A stretch of 64,000 nucleotides of DNA, from NCBI GenBank assembly GCA_005239895.1, contig SBBB01000022.1, positions 4,098-68,097 of the forward strand, in the 5' to 3' direction. Position 1 is the first letter of the stretch. The number at the start of each line of letters is the position of its first letter. Position numbers and translations under genes: made by a program. This DNA comes from a bacterium (lineage in GTDB: Bacteria; Patescibacteriota; Patescibacteriia; SBBB01). The notes below the pieces were generated by a model, which did not search any database, had not been told where the DNA came from, and worked only from the letters and a program-made list of their open reading frames with translations. Positions 38,674 to 48,678 of this stretch are shown piece by piece.

Positions 38674-39930
38674 ATGTTTGATATTCAAAAAATACGCGCT
38701 AATTTCCCGATTTTAAACCGATCAGTTAATAATAAACAACTGATCTATTTTGATAATGCAGCCACGTCTCAACTCCCTCGCGTGGTTATAGATACTATTT
38801 CTAATTATTATACCACTTATAATTCTAATATTCATCGAGGAATTCACACTCTTAGCTCAGAATCTACAATTCAATACGAATTAGCGCGTCAAAAAGTGGC
38901 TAATTTTATTCATGCTAAATCAGCGGATGAAATAATTTTTACCCGCAATGCTACCGAAGGAATTAATTTGATTGCTCAATCTTGGCTCGCGCCCAATATA
39001 AAACCAAAAGATGAAATTATATTAACTATAATGGAGCACCATAGTAATATTGTGCCCTGGGTATTATTAAATAAAAAATACAACAAATCTTCAGGGGTTT
39101 ATTTGGGAGATAAAATTAAAATTAATTTTCTTCCCCTTACTACAGACCGCGCTTTAGATATTAACAAACTTGATAAATTATTAACTAAACACCCCAAATT
39201 AGTAAGCCTTACGCATTTATCTAATGTTTTAGGAACCATAAATCCCATTCAAGAAATTATAAAAAAATGTCACGAAGCTAGCGCTCTGGTTTGTGTGGAT
39301 GCCAGCCAAAGCATTGCGCATTTACCTATAAATGTACAAGATCTTGATTGTGATTTTTTAGTATTATCTGGACATAAAATGTTTGGCCCCTCGGGTATCG
39401 GAGCTATTTATGTTAAAAAACGTATTTTAGAAAAAATGATACCGTTTTTAGGAGGTGGAGAAATGGTTAAAGATGTTTCTTTAGATTATATTATGTTTAA
39501 TGAACTGCCTTATAGATTTGAAGCTGGAACTCCAAATATTGCTGGCGCGATTGGATTAGGGGCGGCTATTGATTTTTTAAATAGTTTAGATCGTACAGAA
39601 ATCATAAAATACGAAAACAAATTAAATAAATATTTACTAAAAAAATCTAGTGCTATAGATGCAGTTCATATTTATAGCCCTTTAAATCCTAATCTAAATG
39701 CTCCGATAATGGCTTTTAACGTCGGAGATATACATTCTCACGATTTAGCTAGTATTTTAGACAAAGAAGGTATAGCTATCCGTTCTGGACATCATTGCGC
39801 CAAACCCTTAATAACAACTTTTAAAACTAGTTCTGTGGCTCGCGCTAGTTTAACATTTTATAATACCTTCGATGAAATTGATAAATTTATTCTGGCTATT
39901 CAAAAAGCTAAACGCTTATTTCGAATCTAG
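38674..39930 (+). CDS. sufS: cysteine desulfurase SufS
   Basis: PLP-dependent class V fold; SGHKMFGPSGIGAIY and RSGHHCAKPL. Confidence 0.8.
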   Translation: MFDIQKIRANFPILNRSVNNKQLIYFDNAATSQLPRVVIDTISNYYTTYNSNIHRGIHTLSSESTIQYELARQKVANFIHAKSADEIIFTRNATEGINLIAQSWLAPNIKPKDEIILTIMEHHSNIVPWVLLNKKYNKSSGVYLGDKIKINFLPLTTDRALDINKLDKLLTKHPKLVSLTHLSNVLGTINPIQEIIKKCHEASALVCVDASQSIAHLPINVQDLDCDFLVLSGHKMFGPSGIGAIYVKKRILEKMIPFLGGGEMVKDVSLDYIMFNELPYRFEAGTPNIAGAIGLGAAIDFLNSLDRTEIIKYENKLNKYLLKKSSAIDAVHIYSPLNPNLNAPIMAFNVGDIHSHDLASILDKEGIAIRSGHHCAKPLITTFKTSSVARASLTFYNTFDEIDKFILAIQKAKRLFRI

Positions 39931-39948
39931 TAGTTTATAAATGAAAAT

Positions 39949-40302
39949 ATGAATATTTATCGAGAAATAATTTTAGATTTATATCGGAACCCTTTAAATT
40001 TTGGAAGCATTGCTAACGCGGATGTAGTTTTATCCGAAACTAACCAATTATGCGGCGATACTTTAAATTTATTTTTTAAATTCAAAAATAATAAAATTGA
40101 TTTAATTAAATTTAACGGTGAAGGTTGCGCTATTTCTATAGCCAGCGCGTCTATTCTCACTGAAATGCTAAAAAACAAATTTAAAAATGAATTATCTACT
40201 ATTACGAGCCAAAATATTTTAGATGAACTTGGTATTAATCCAGGACCAACTCGTTTTAGGTGCGCAACTTTAGGACTAGAAGCTCTTAAAAAAATTATTT
40301 AA
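39949..40302 (+). CDS. sufU: SUF Fe-S cluster scaffold SufU/IscU-like
   Basis: NPLNFG...CGD...GEGCAIS conserved Cys/Asp ligands. Confidence 0.75.
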   Translation: MNIYREIILDLYRNPLNFGSIANADVVLSETNQLCGDTLNLFFKFKNNKIDLIKFNGEGCAISIASASILTEMLKNKFKNELSTITSQNILDELGINPGPTRFRCATLGLEALKKII

Positions 40303-40306
40303 TAAA

Positions 40307-41194
40307 ATGCTCATCACTTTGAAGCCCTATCAAGTTAAATTATTCGTCTTGAGTGTCTTGCTATTACTCGTAGGGTTTATATGGCAGTTTACAAGCTCAT
40401 CAAATACTAAAAATTTAAAAGTGATTTTCTTGAATGTTGAACAAGGTGATGCCACCCTTATCCAAACTCCTAAAGAAAAAACTATTTTAATAGATGGCGG
40501 GCCAAATGCTGCGATCTTAGAAAAACTTGGGCAATATTTACCGTTTCATCAAAAGAAAATTGATTTAATAATCTTAACTCACCCCCATTCTGATCATGTA
40601 ACTGGCTTAATATCTGTGTTACAAAACTACCAAATAAATTTAATTTTAATGAATGGGGTTAATCATACCACGCCTGAATATATCACTTTCTTAAAATTAA
40701 TTAAAAATAAAAAAATCCCGGTTAATATTGTAGAAAACGCATCTTTTATTGATCTAGAAGACAATATTAGAATGGAAATTCTATATCCTGATCGTAATTT
40801 GGCTAATTTAGACGTAAAAGACTTGAACGATGGCTCTATAGTAACCTACTTAATTGCAAAAAATATTAAATTTTTATTTATGGGCGATGCTGGCTTTGGC
40901 GTGGAAAACAGACTGATGGCATCAAACCTACTTTTACAAACCAATGTATTAAAAATTGGGCACCACGGATCTAGAGAATCTTCGTCCTCTGAATTTTTAA
41001 ATTATGTTCGTCCTGAATTCGCCATTATTTCATCGGGAGCTAACAATCTATTCGGGCATCCCAGTAAAGAACTGTTAAAACGCTTAAACAATCAAAATAT
41101 AAAAACCTATCGTACTGACAAACATGGAGATATTATATTCACTACCAATGGTATAAATTTACAACTTCAACTTGGAAGTCCGACTTCCAAGTAA
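40307..41194 (+). CDS. ComEC/Rec2-related MBL-fold hydrolase (TM anchor plus beta-lactamase domain)
   Basis: HPHSDH...GDAG...GHHGS metal-binding pattern of the ComEC C-terminal domain. Confidence 0.6.
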   Translation: MLITLKPYQVKLFVLSVLLLLVGFIWQFTSSSNTKNLKVIFLNVEQGDATLIQTPKEKTILIDGGPNAAILEKLGQYLPFHQKKIDLIILTHPHSDHVTGLISVLQNYQINLILMNGVNHTTPEYITFLKLIKNKKIPVNIVENASFIDLEDNIRMEILYPDRNLANLDVKDLNDGSIVTYLIAKNIKFLFMGDAGFGVENRLMASNLLLQTNVLKIGHHGSRESSSSEFLNYVRPEFAIISSGANNLFGHPSKELLKRLNNQNIKTYRTDKHGDIIFTTNGINLQLQLGSPTSK

Positions 41195-41197
41195 CTT
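41168..41197. repeat. 30-nt palindromic repeat CAACTTGGAAGTCCGACTTCCAAGTAACTT (copy 1, overlaps the ComEC-like stop)
   Basis: Identical copy at 43869-43898; degenerate copy at 48798-48820. Confidence 0.7.
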
Positions 41198-41299
41198 ACA
41201 AGTAATATTGTGTGGCTTGCAAATAAAAGCAAAAAAGATATACTATAAATTATAGTTAAAAGTAGAAAGCTAAAAGCTAGCTTTATAAGCTTAAATCAT

Positions 41300-41632
41300 A
41301 TGTCTAAATATATTGAACAATTCAATGCGTCAATTGAAAAAATATTAGGTAATCTAATTAATAAATATATAGAATTACCCAATGGATGCTTAGCAAGTAT
41401 TACCGACGTGCAAGTGATCTATCCAAACAATCTTGTGAAAATAGGTTTATCTATATTCCCCAAAGAATACGAACAAACAATCTATCAAATCTTCACTAGC
41501 AAAGCGATGTTTTTAAGAAAAAAACTCAGCCAACAAATTACTCAAAAAAAATGCCCGGAAATAAAATTCTATCTAGATAAAACTGAAGAAAATATGGAAA
41601 AATTAATGTCTACTTTTGATAGGCTTACTTAA
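41300..41632 (+). CDS. rbfA: ribosome-binding factor A
   Basis: Size (110 aa) and an rbfA-like central region; placed between ribosomal/translation genes. Confidence 0.5.
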   Translation: MSKYIEQFNASIEKILGNLINKYIELPNGCLASITDVQVIYPNNLVKIGLSIFPKEYEQTIYQIFTSKAMFLRKKLSQQITQKKCPEIKFYLDKTEENMEKLMSTFDRLT

Positions 41633-42022
41633 AAAAGAAAATATGATTAAAGAATTTTTCAAAATTAAAATATCGGCCAAATTAAATACTAAACTACTTA
41701 AACCCACAGATATTTTAAAAACATCTATAACTCCACCATAATACGCGCGATCAAATAAATTACTGAGGCTAGCTAATATCAATAAGGTTCCAAAAATTGC
41801 GACTTTCGTATTTTTTTTTAATAAAAACCACGCCACACCCGCCAACAATCCCACTATTATTAAAAAATTTAAAATAAAAAATGTGGTAGATGATAAACCA
41901 AAGGCATTATCGGCATTGAGTTCTAAAACAAAAAAACTACTAAAACCAAAATTAAAACCTAGAAATTTAATTAAACGATCTAGAATTAATATCCCTAAAT
42001 CCAAACTAATGACCTTCCACAT
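41603..42022 (-). CDS. lspA: lipoprotein signal peptidase II
   Basis: NADNAFG, SNLFDRAYYGGVIDVF and VFNLAD motifs in four TM helices. Confidence 0.7.
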   Translation of the reverse strand: MWKVISLDLGILILDRLIKFLGFNFGFSSFFVLELNADNAFGLSSTTFFILNFLIIVGLLAGVAWFLLKKNTKVAIFGTLLILASLSNLFDRAYYGGVIDVFKISVGLSSLVFNLADILILKNSLIIFSFLSKPIKSRH

Positions 42023-42032
42023 TTTTAAAAAT

Positions 42033-42401
42033 TTAAAGCATTTTTAACTTGGTTTTGCAATCAATGCAAGAGCTGGAAACTGGTCGAGCTAAAAGTCTGT
42101 TAATATCAATTGGTTTATGGCAATATTTACAAACCCCATAAGACCCTGTTTCAATACTTTTCAAGGCATTGCAAACATCGTCATAAGATGATTTTAACAC
42201 TTGTTCTACAGACAGATTAATATCATAAGTTTCTATTTCCGTAACAGATTCGTTTTCAACGTTGCCCAAATCTGGGTACGCAACATTATAAGTATTAGCG
42301 CCCTGAGGGTCTTTTACTGTAATTCTATCTAATTCTGCTTGAATACTATCCCTTTTAGACACTAATTTTTGTTGAATGATAGCTAAAGTCTGTTTATCCA
42401 T
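42033..42401 (-). CDS. DksA/TraR-family C4 zinc-finger protein
   Basis: C-terminal CKYC..N...CIDC zinc finger with a coiled-coil N-terminus. Start taken at MDKQTL; the upstream Arg-rich extension is encoded by GC-rich, atypical codons. Confidence 0.65.
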   Translation of the reverse strand: MDKQTLAIIQQKLVSKRDSIQAELDRITVKDPQGANTYNVAYPDLGNVENESVTEIETYDINLSVEQVLKSSYDDVCNALKSIETGSYGVCKYCHKPIDINRLLARPVSSSCIDCKTKLKML

Positions 42402-43297
42402 ATAATTATAAATTCTACTTGTCCTCCGGCTTGTCCACCAAAGCCTTGCCTGCCCGTCTAAGTCTTGACGAAGTTGGGGCGTCGGTGGAAGCTCCGCTCG
42501 CCGTTGCGCTCGCCGTCGCATAGCTATGGCGTAGCACGGTAGCCGCTATGGCGAAGCACGGTTAGGAGCGAAGGAGGAAATCGTAAATTAATAATACTCT
42601 ATTATTCAAATTTAAGCAAGTCAAGCAACTCCTTAAATAATCAATAGGCCTTGGTTAAGCGCTGAGTCAATAAATCTATTGTTTCTTACTTTTTAAAAAA
42701 CTCCATAATTTTATATCGAAGCGTTAATCCATTTTTTGAATATTATAAAAGGCATACCGCCTAGTTCTTTTATAAAATAATAATAGCATTTATATGCTGT
42801 GAACAGGCTTATATGCCTTTGTATGTGCTCTTACAATTTCTAGCATGGGTTTTGCAATATGTGCAAAGCACATACTAAAATAAGAGACTTTTGTAATCCT
42901 CTCCATCCCGATTTTTTGACAGAGAAGAAATAACCATTTTTTATTCGCTTTAATTAACAAATAACAACCATAAGCAATATTAAAGCAAATAGTGTCTCAT
43001 CGGTAAGACACCGACCATAAGTCAAAAACAGTAAGATATAATAATAAATATCCTCCTTAAATAAGAATATTTGTTGTTTTTCTAATTAAAGAAAAATAAC
43101 ATACTTATATTATACACTAAAATAATAATATTGTCAATAGGTTTATCTAGTGGTTGTCCACAAGTTATACACAGTTTGCTTATTTTACACATAAATTTAA
43201 GTGTTGTATACTTTAAACGAAATTTATTACATTAAACAATTATTACAATAATAGTGAATTAAATGTTTAATTTACTTAAGAAAGGGGGTAAACAACA

Positions 43298-43510
43298 ATG
43301 TACGAATTAAATGAAGAGTGTCCATGTGGATCAGGACAAAAATATGGAGCATGCTGTGGAACTGAAGAATACTGCAATTGTGGTTCAGGTGAAACAGCTG
43401 GTAAATGTTGCTTTGGCACTAGTGAAGATGAAGACACTTTTAATAAAAACTCGGACGATTCCGATGATTATAATAATAGTAATTATAATGATTCAGATGA
43501 AAATTATTAA
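43298..43510 (+). CDS. small SEC-C-motif metal-binding protein with an acidic D/N/E-rich tail (70 aa)
   Basis: CPCGSGQKYGACCG is a SEC-C motif; a second degenerate copy CNCGSGETAGKCC follows. Strong SD AAAGGGGGT. Confidence 0.55.
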   Translation: MYELNEECPCGSGQKYGACCGTEEYCNCGSGETAGKCCFGTSEDEDTFNKNSDDSDDYNNSNYNDSDENY

Positions 43511-43568
43511 AAAACCATTATTTATCAATAATTTTTGATTATTATTTAAACTTAATAATTCCTATAAT

Positions 43569-43859
43569 ATGCCTAATTTAGCCTCGGCTATAAAAGAAGT
43601 TCGCAAAATCAAAACTAAAACAGCTAGAAATAAGGCTTTAAAAACCAAAGCTAAAAACTTAGCTAAACAAACCTTAAAATATGTTCAATCTACACTGAGT
43701 GAGCAGAAAGAATTGGCTAAAACTACCCTCAAATCAGCTATTCAAAGCATAGATAAAGCTGCGAAACACGGTATTTTAAAGAAAAATACTGCTAATCGCA
43801 AAAAATCAGCCCTAATGCACAAGTTTAACAAATTTATCTCTGGTAAAACAGGGAAATAG
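43569..43859 (+). CDS. rpsT: 30S ribosomal protein S20
   Basis: MPNLASAIKEVRKIKTKTARNKALKTKAKN... typical bS20. Confidence 0.85.
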   Translation: MPNLASAIKEVRKIKTKTARNKALKTKAKNLAKQTLKYVQSTLSEQKELAKTTLKSAIQSIDKAAKHGILKKNTANRKKSALMHKFNKFISGKTGK

Positions 43860-43868
43860 ACGATTTGT

Positions 43869-43898
43869 CAACTTGGAAGTCCGACTTCCAAGTAACTT
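43869..43898. repeat. 30-nt palindromic repeat copy 2 (between the convergent rpsT and holA)
   Basis: Identical to 41168-41197; 10-bp stem ACTTGGAAGT/ACTTCCAAGT. Confidence 0.7.
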
Positions 43899-43903
43899 CC
43901 ACG

Positions 43904-44902
43904 CTAAATAATCTCTAATTTAGCTATAAACAAAGATAACCAAGATCTAAAATCAACACTTCCTTTTTTATAATCTCGATCTAATTGCAATAACTGATTA
44001 TGAATAGATTCTAGCTGCGCTTTAGTAAAATTATGGCTAAATTTTAAAGCTTTTAGCATTATAAACCTAGGACGATCTATTTTTTGATAAACAATGCTTT
44101 CATCGGCTTTTATTTCTAGTAAAAGTTTAATTTGTTTACTAAATTCTGATAAAAATAAAGCATAACTGGATTTGACCTGCTGCTCTTCAACCAATTTAAG
44201 CGCCAAAACATGGTCTTTTCCTAAAATAGCATCAATTAGTTGCCAAATATTATGCTCTACAGCCTCAATATTAATTAAATTTTGGGCTTCGTCTTTGTCA
44301 AAACTGGGATTATTGTGATGATAAGCAATCAATTGATCAATTATAGTGCTTATTTTCCATAAATTATGTGAACCGCAAGCCAATAATATATCTATAAAAT
44401 GATCTCCTAAAAACTTAGCCACCCCACTATCCGAACGAACTTTAAGTTCATTCTTAATCCACTGTTTCAATTCTGGCTTTTTAAAAAATGTAAATTCTTG
44501 AGTATAATCGCTTTTTTGAAGCAATAATTCAGAAATAGAATTAGTTTTAGCCTTTACTGCTGAGGTTCTTTTTTTAGAATTTTTACCATTTTCAGATTCA
44601 TAAAAAATAAGCAAGGGTTCTTCAGGTGTATTAGTCGCGCGATTTAAATAATGTGTAATTTCATTTTCTAATTCAGGTTTCAGTTTTTGATTTAATAATC
44701 CTGAAATCACAACCATTCGCCTTCTAGTCATAAATGGAGCGGATAAAACGCTCTGCCTAAAAATATCTAGAGTTATTTCACCTCCCTCGAGAATCGCTAA
44801 ATTAAAACCCGTGCTATCTACTTCTCGTAAAAATTTTTCCTTTAATTCATTTAATTTTTGTTTGGAACGAAAGTTGTCTTCACCCCAAAGATAAAAAATC
44901 AT
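43904..44902 (-). CDS. holA: DNA polymerase III delta subunit
   Basis: Size, an AAA+-like clamp-loader delta fold pattern, and conserved placement. Confidence 0.6.
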   Translation of the reverse strand: MIFYLWGEDNFRSKQKLNELKEKFLREVDSTGFNLAILEGGEITLDIFRQSVLSAPFMTRRRMVVISGLLNQKLKPELENEITHYLNRATNTPEEPLLIFYESENGKNSKKRTSAVKAKTNSISELLLQKSDYTQEFTFFKKPELKQWIKNELKVRSDSGVAKFLGDHFIDILLACGSHNLWKISTIIDQLIAYHHNNPSFDKDEAQNLINIEAVEHNIWQLIDAILGKDHVLALKLVEEQQVKSSYALFLSEFSKQIKLLLEIKADESIVYQKIDRPRFIMLKALKFSHNFTKAQLESIHNQLLQLDRDYKKGSVDFRSWLSLFIAKLEII

Positions 44903-44915
44903 AAATTAAAAAATT

Positions 44916-47060
44916 TTACTTTTTAATTTCTGAAGGTTTGGCTTGTTTGTAAGATAAATTAATTCTACCTAAATCATCAATATTAATAACCTTAACTAAA
45001 ACAGTGTCACCAATATTTAAAACATCGGTAACTTTAGCTACTCTTTTTGTATCTAATTCTGAAATATGAATTAATCCTTCTTGCTTAGGACCAATCTCAG
45101 CAAAAGCGCCAAAATCAACAATGCGCGTAATTTTTGCCATTAATAGTTCACCAACTTCAGTAACGTGCGTTAAACTTTTTACCCACTGCACAGCTTTTTC
45201 AACCATTTCTTTATTGTTAGAGCAAATAACAACTGTGCCATCGTTTTCAATATCAATCTTAACTCCAGTTTTATCAATAATTTCATTGATCATTTTTCCA
45301 CCCGGACCAATTACATTACGAATAGTATCTGTATGAATTTGCAAAGTAACAATTAACGGAGCGTAAATTGATAATTCCTTGCGGGGTTCAGGGATTATAT
45401 TGTACATACGCTCTAAAATTGTTAAACGAGCCTGTTTAGACTGTTGTAAGGTTTGACTAATAATTTCATCGGTTAATCCTGTGGTTTTAGTATCCATTTG
45501 AATGGAGGTAATACCATCTCTAGTTCCAATAATTTTAAAATCCATGCCGCCGGTTCCATCTTCTAAATCCTGCAAATCTGTAATTATTTTATATTCTCCG
45601 TTGGGGCCCGAAGCTAATCCCATAGCAATACCAGCTACATGTTTTTTAATGGGCACGCCCGCGTCCATCAAAGCCATAGAAGCGCAACACGCCGAACCCA
45701 TAGAAGAAGATCCATTGGAACTCATTACTTCGGACACTACCCTAATAGTGTAAGGAAAAACCTTTTGGTCTGGTAACACAGCCGATAATCCTTTTTCAGC
45801 TAATTCACCATGTCCAATTTCTCTGCGACCTGGTCCACGCAAAGGCTTAGCTTCTCCAACTGAATAGGGTGGAAAATTATAGTGATGCATAAAGCGTTTT
45901 TTGCCCTGCTCTTCTATACCATCCAAAGTCTGCTCTTCTTGAGGCGAACCCAAGGTAACCACGGAAAGAATTTCAGTGTCACCACGACTAAACACAGCTG
46001 AACCGTGCGTGCGCGGTAAAATGCTCACATCCATACTTAAAGGGCGAATATCAGTCAATCCCCTATTATCTACACGCTTGGAATTGGCAAGAATATTATT
46101 ACTAACTTCGTTTTCTACGATAGAGTCAAAAATTCCCGACCCATATTTTTTCAAAGCGTCCTTACAGGATTGATCTTCATCCTGCAAAACCTGTTCAAAT
46201 AATTCACTTTTTAAATTACTTAAAATCTCTTGTCTAGCTACTTTATTTTTATGGGGAGTATTAAATAATTGCTCTTGCAGTTTAGGCTTCACCCAATCAT
46301 AAATTTTACTTTTTATTTTTTCTTTTTCGGTTAATATGTCGGCGCTAATAGCATAATTTTTTTTAGGATACCCAATTTCTTTAGTAATAGTATTAATTAA
46401 AACCATGATTTCGGATAGATATTGTTTACCGGCTTGTAGGGCTTCCATAACAGTTTGTTCGTCAACTTCTTTAGCGCAGGCTTCTAAAGCCACCACTTTA
46501 TCGGGTGTACCAGCGATAGTTATATCCAAAACGGATTTTTCTCTTTCGGTATAAACTGGATTAAAAACAAAACTTTCATCAATCTTGGCAACGCGCACTG
46601 CTCCAATTGGTCCGGTCCAGGGTATTTCGGATAGAGATAAAACCGTAAAAGCTCCAATTAAAGATGGAATATCAGGGTCATTTTCACCATCTACAGATAA
46701 AATTGTTAAAATAACCTGAATTTCAGGCGAAACCTTATTAACAAATAAAGGGCGAATAGCCCTATCAACTAAACGCGCTGATAAAATAGCTTCATCTGAT
46801 GCGCGCCCTTCGCGCTTAATAAACCTAGATCCTTTAATTTTACCAGCCGCGTACAAACGTTCCTCATACTCTACTAATAAAGGTAAAAAGTTTATATTTT
46901 CTCGTATTTCTTTACTCATCACTAAAGTTGCCAAAACTACAGTATCTCCGTATTGAACTGTAGCAGACACATCCGCTTGTCGGGCAAACTGTCCAATTTC
47001 AATTGTTAATGGTTTGTTAGCAAAATTAAGGCTATATTTTTTAGAATTACTAGATTGCAT
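44916..47060 (-). CDS. pnp: polyribonucleotide nucleotidyltransferase (PNPase)
   Basis: Two RNase PH domains, KH (GPGGKMINEI) and S1 domains. Confidence 0.9.
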   Translation of the reverse strand: MQSSNSKKYSLNFANKPLTIEIGQFARQADVSATVQYGDTVVLATLVMSKEIRENINFLPLLVEYEERLYAAGKIKGSRFIKREGRASDEAILSARLVDRAIRPLFVNKVSPEIQVILTILSVDGENDPDIPSLIGAFTVLSLSEIPWTGPIGAVRVAKIDESFVFNPVYTEREKSVLDITIAGTPDKVVALEACAKEVDEQTVMEALQAGKQYLSEIMVLINTITKEIGYPKKNYAISADILTEKEKIKSKIYDWVKPKLQEQLFNTPHKNKVARQEILSNLKSELFEQVLQDEDQSCKDALKKYGSGIFDSIVENEVSNNILANSKRVDNRGLTDIRPLSMDVSILPRTHGSAVFSRGDTEILSVVTLGSPQEEQTLDGIEEQGKKRFMHHYNFPPYSVGEAKPLRGPGRREIGHGELAEKGLSAVLPDQKVFPYTIRVVSEVMSSNGSSSMGSACCASMALMDAGVPIKKHVAGIAMGLASGPNGEYKIITDLQDLEDGTGGMDFKIIGTRDGITSIQMDTKTTGLTDEIISQTLQQSKQARLTILERMYNIIPEPRKELSIYAPLIVTLQIHTDTIRNVIGPGGKMINEIIDKTGVKIDIENDGTVVICSNNKEMVEKAVQWVKSLTHVTEVGELLMAKITRIVDFGAFAEIGPKQEGLIHISELDTKRVAKVTDVLNIGDTVLVKVINIDDLGRINLSYKQAKPSEIKK

Positions 47061-47083
47061 AAACTATGGAATAATTGTTCGAA

Positions 47084-47584
47084 TTACTTGCGAATTAAAA
47101 ACAGTTTCTTATTTTTGCTTAAGTCTGTAAAATCATCGCAATAAAGTTTTAAATTAGCGGAGGTTGTTTCTCCAAAAGCAATAATTTCCGTAAGGTGACC
47201 ATGATATTTCAAATACTCAATTAAGGGAATGTAATCTCCATCGCCGGTTACTAATACGACTACATCCAGATTAGATGTTAAAGTAATAACATCAATACAA
47301 ATTCCAACATCCCAGTCGGCCTTTTTAACTCCACCTGGAAAAATTTGCAAATCTTTCATTTTAACTTCAAAACCCTGGTTACTTAAGGCCTCAAAAAATG
47401 TCTCCTCTTCTTTATTATTAGACTTAATAACATAAGCAATAGCCCTAACTAATCTGCGACCAGCCACGGCAACTTTTAAAATTTCTCCAAAATTTACCCG
47501 ACTACCATATAAATTTTTTGCGGAATGATACATGTTGGCAACGTCAATAAACACACCAACTCTTTGCTCTTTGTGTTTTATCAT
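47084..47584 (-). CDS. NYN-domain (LabA/PIN-like) protein
   Basis: RVGVFIDVANMY...VVLVTGDGDY, typical of the NYN/LabA fold; overlaps the rpsO stop (ATGA). Confidence 0.55.
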   Translation of the reverse strand: MIKHKEQRVGVFIDVANMYHSAKNLYGSRVNFGEILKVAVAGRRLVRAIAYVIKSNNKEEETFFEALSNQGFEVKMKDLQIFPGGVKKADWDVGICIDVITLTSNLDVVVLVTGDGDYIPLIEYLKYHGHLTEIIAFGETTSANLKLYCDDFTDLSKNKKLFLIRK

Positions 47585-47928
47585 ACAATTTTAACGCTTT
47601 CTTCATCTAGATTTTTCAAAATATTTTTAGTTTTTACGGAATGTTCTTTAACGGGGTGATTAGCAATTTTAAGTTTTAGTTTTTTGCTAATATCTAAAAA
47701 ACTAGTATTGTTTGTGCGTTCTAAATATTTTAAAAACCTTCTTCTTTCCCCAACTTTTTTCAATAGACCGTAACGAGAAGAAAAATCTTTTTTATGATCC
47801 TTAAGATGTTTAATTAATTCTTGAATCTCAAATGTTAAAATGGCTATTTGAACTTCCATAGAACCTGTGTCGTGCGCATGTATTCCAAACTTTTTTAAAA
47901 TCTTCTCTTTTGTTTTTTTATCTAACAT
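47581..47928 (-). CDS. rpsO: 30S ribosomal protein S15 (with C-terminal extension)
   Basis: HAHDTGSMEVQIAILTFEIQELIKHLKDHKKDFSSRYGLLKKVGERRRFLKYL, typical of uS15. Confidence 0.8.
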   Translation of the reverse strand: MLDKKTKEKILKKFGIHAHDTGSMEVQIAILTFEIQELIKHLKDHKKDFSSRYGLLKKVGERRRFLKYLERTNNTSFLDISKKLKLKIANHPVKEHSVKTKNILKNLDEESVKIV

Positions 47929-48678
47929 ATTTTATTATCTTAATACTAAAAATTACTCTATAATTCAGCACTTTCTAAGTGTATCATATATTTCAATTAA
48001 AAGCAAGCCCCTGTTTGATACAACAAAATTCAAGTTTTTAACGCACTACTTTATTAATGATTTTATAGTTTGTGGCATAAAAATTTTACGATCTAATTCA
48101 CCCGCCAAAACTTACGGCACTTTATCGAATTATATTACTACGCATTGTAGCAACTAATAAATATAATGATTAGAAATTATAAGTTTAGGTGGGTAAACCG
48201 CAATAAAAAACTAAAACAGGGTAATATTATATTTATTACTGTTTACTTTAATTCGTTTAACCTAATTTTTAATAATTACAGAAACTTAACTTGAAATATG
48301 TTTTTTAATTGCCCTTTGGGTTAATACTATCCATCTATGAAATATAATTCTGATGGAATTTATTATTATAGTAAAACCACTTGTGGGTAAAAAATAAAAC
48401 ACAAAAGCCAGTGATTCTTTGGTTATAACAACGAGGCTTAACAAACCTTGGCATTCAATAATAAAAAATAAATATACTCCCTGTTTCAGTATTAAAGATG
48501 CACCTGTTCGCTATCAAGTTGCGAATATTTAAACAAAGCTAGCATACCCTCAACATTGCTAACGAACACGTAAATCATACCTCGATAAAAGCACAATGTC
48601 AAACAACTTTGCAAGACCACGTAGCGCTTGTAATTCTATTAATAACAAAGCTATAATAGGACTTAGGAATTAGCTTGT

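Noticed and set aside
42402-42521. Arg-rich N-terminal extension of the DksA-like ORF (track start at 42521)
   Set aside because: It is encoded by GC-rich codons (cga/cgg/gcg) atypical for this genome, and a good internal start (MDKQTL) exists. Treated as non-coding structured DNA/RNA.
42522-43297. RNase P RNA, tmRNA or SRP RNA in the gene-free stretches (also 47930-48850)
   Set aside because: I looked for hallmark motifs by eye (GGAAAGTCCGG, the tRNA-like end GGTTCGA..CCACCA with an ..LAA tag ORF, the GGAAGCAGCCAAGGCAG domain IV) and found none. I cannot exclude divergent CPR-type versions without a covariance-model search.
47867-48157. 96-aa ORF in the large gene-free region
   Set aside because: Low-complexity translation with no RBS; it overlaps the rpsO start region.
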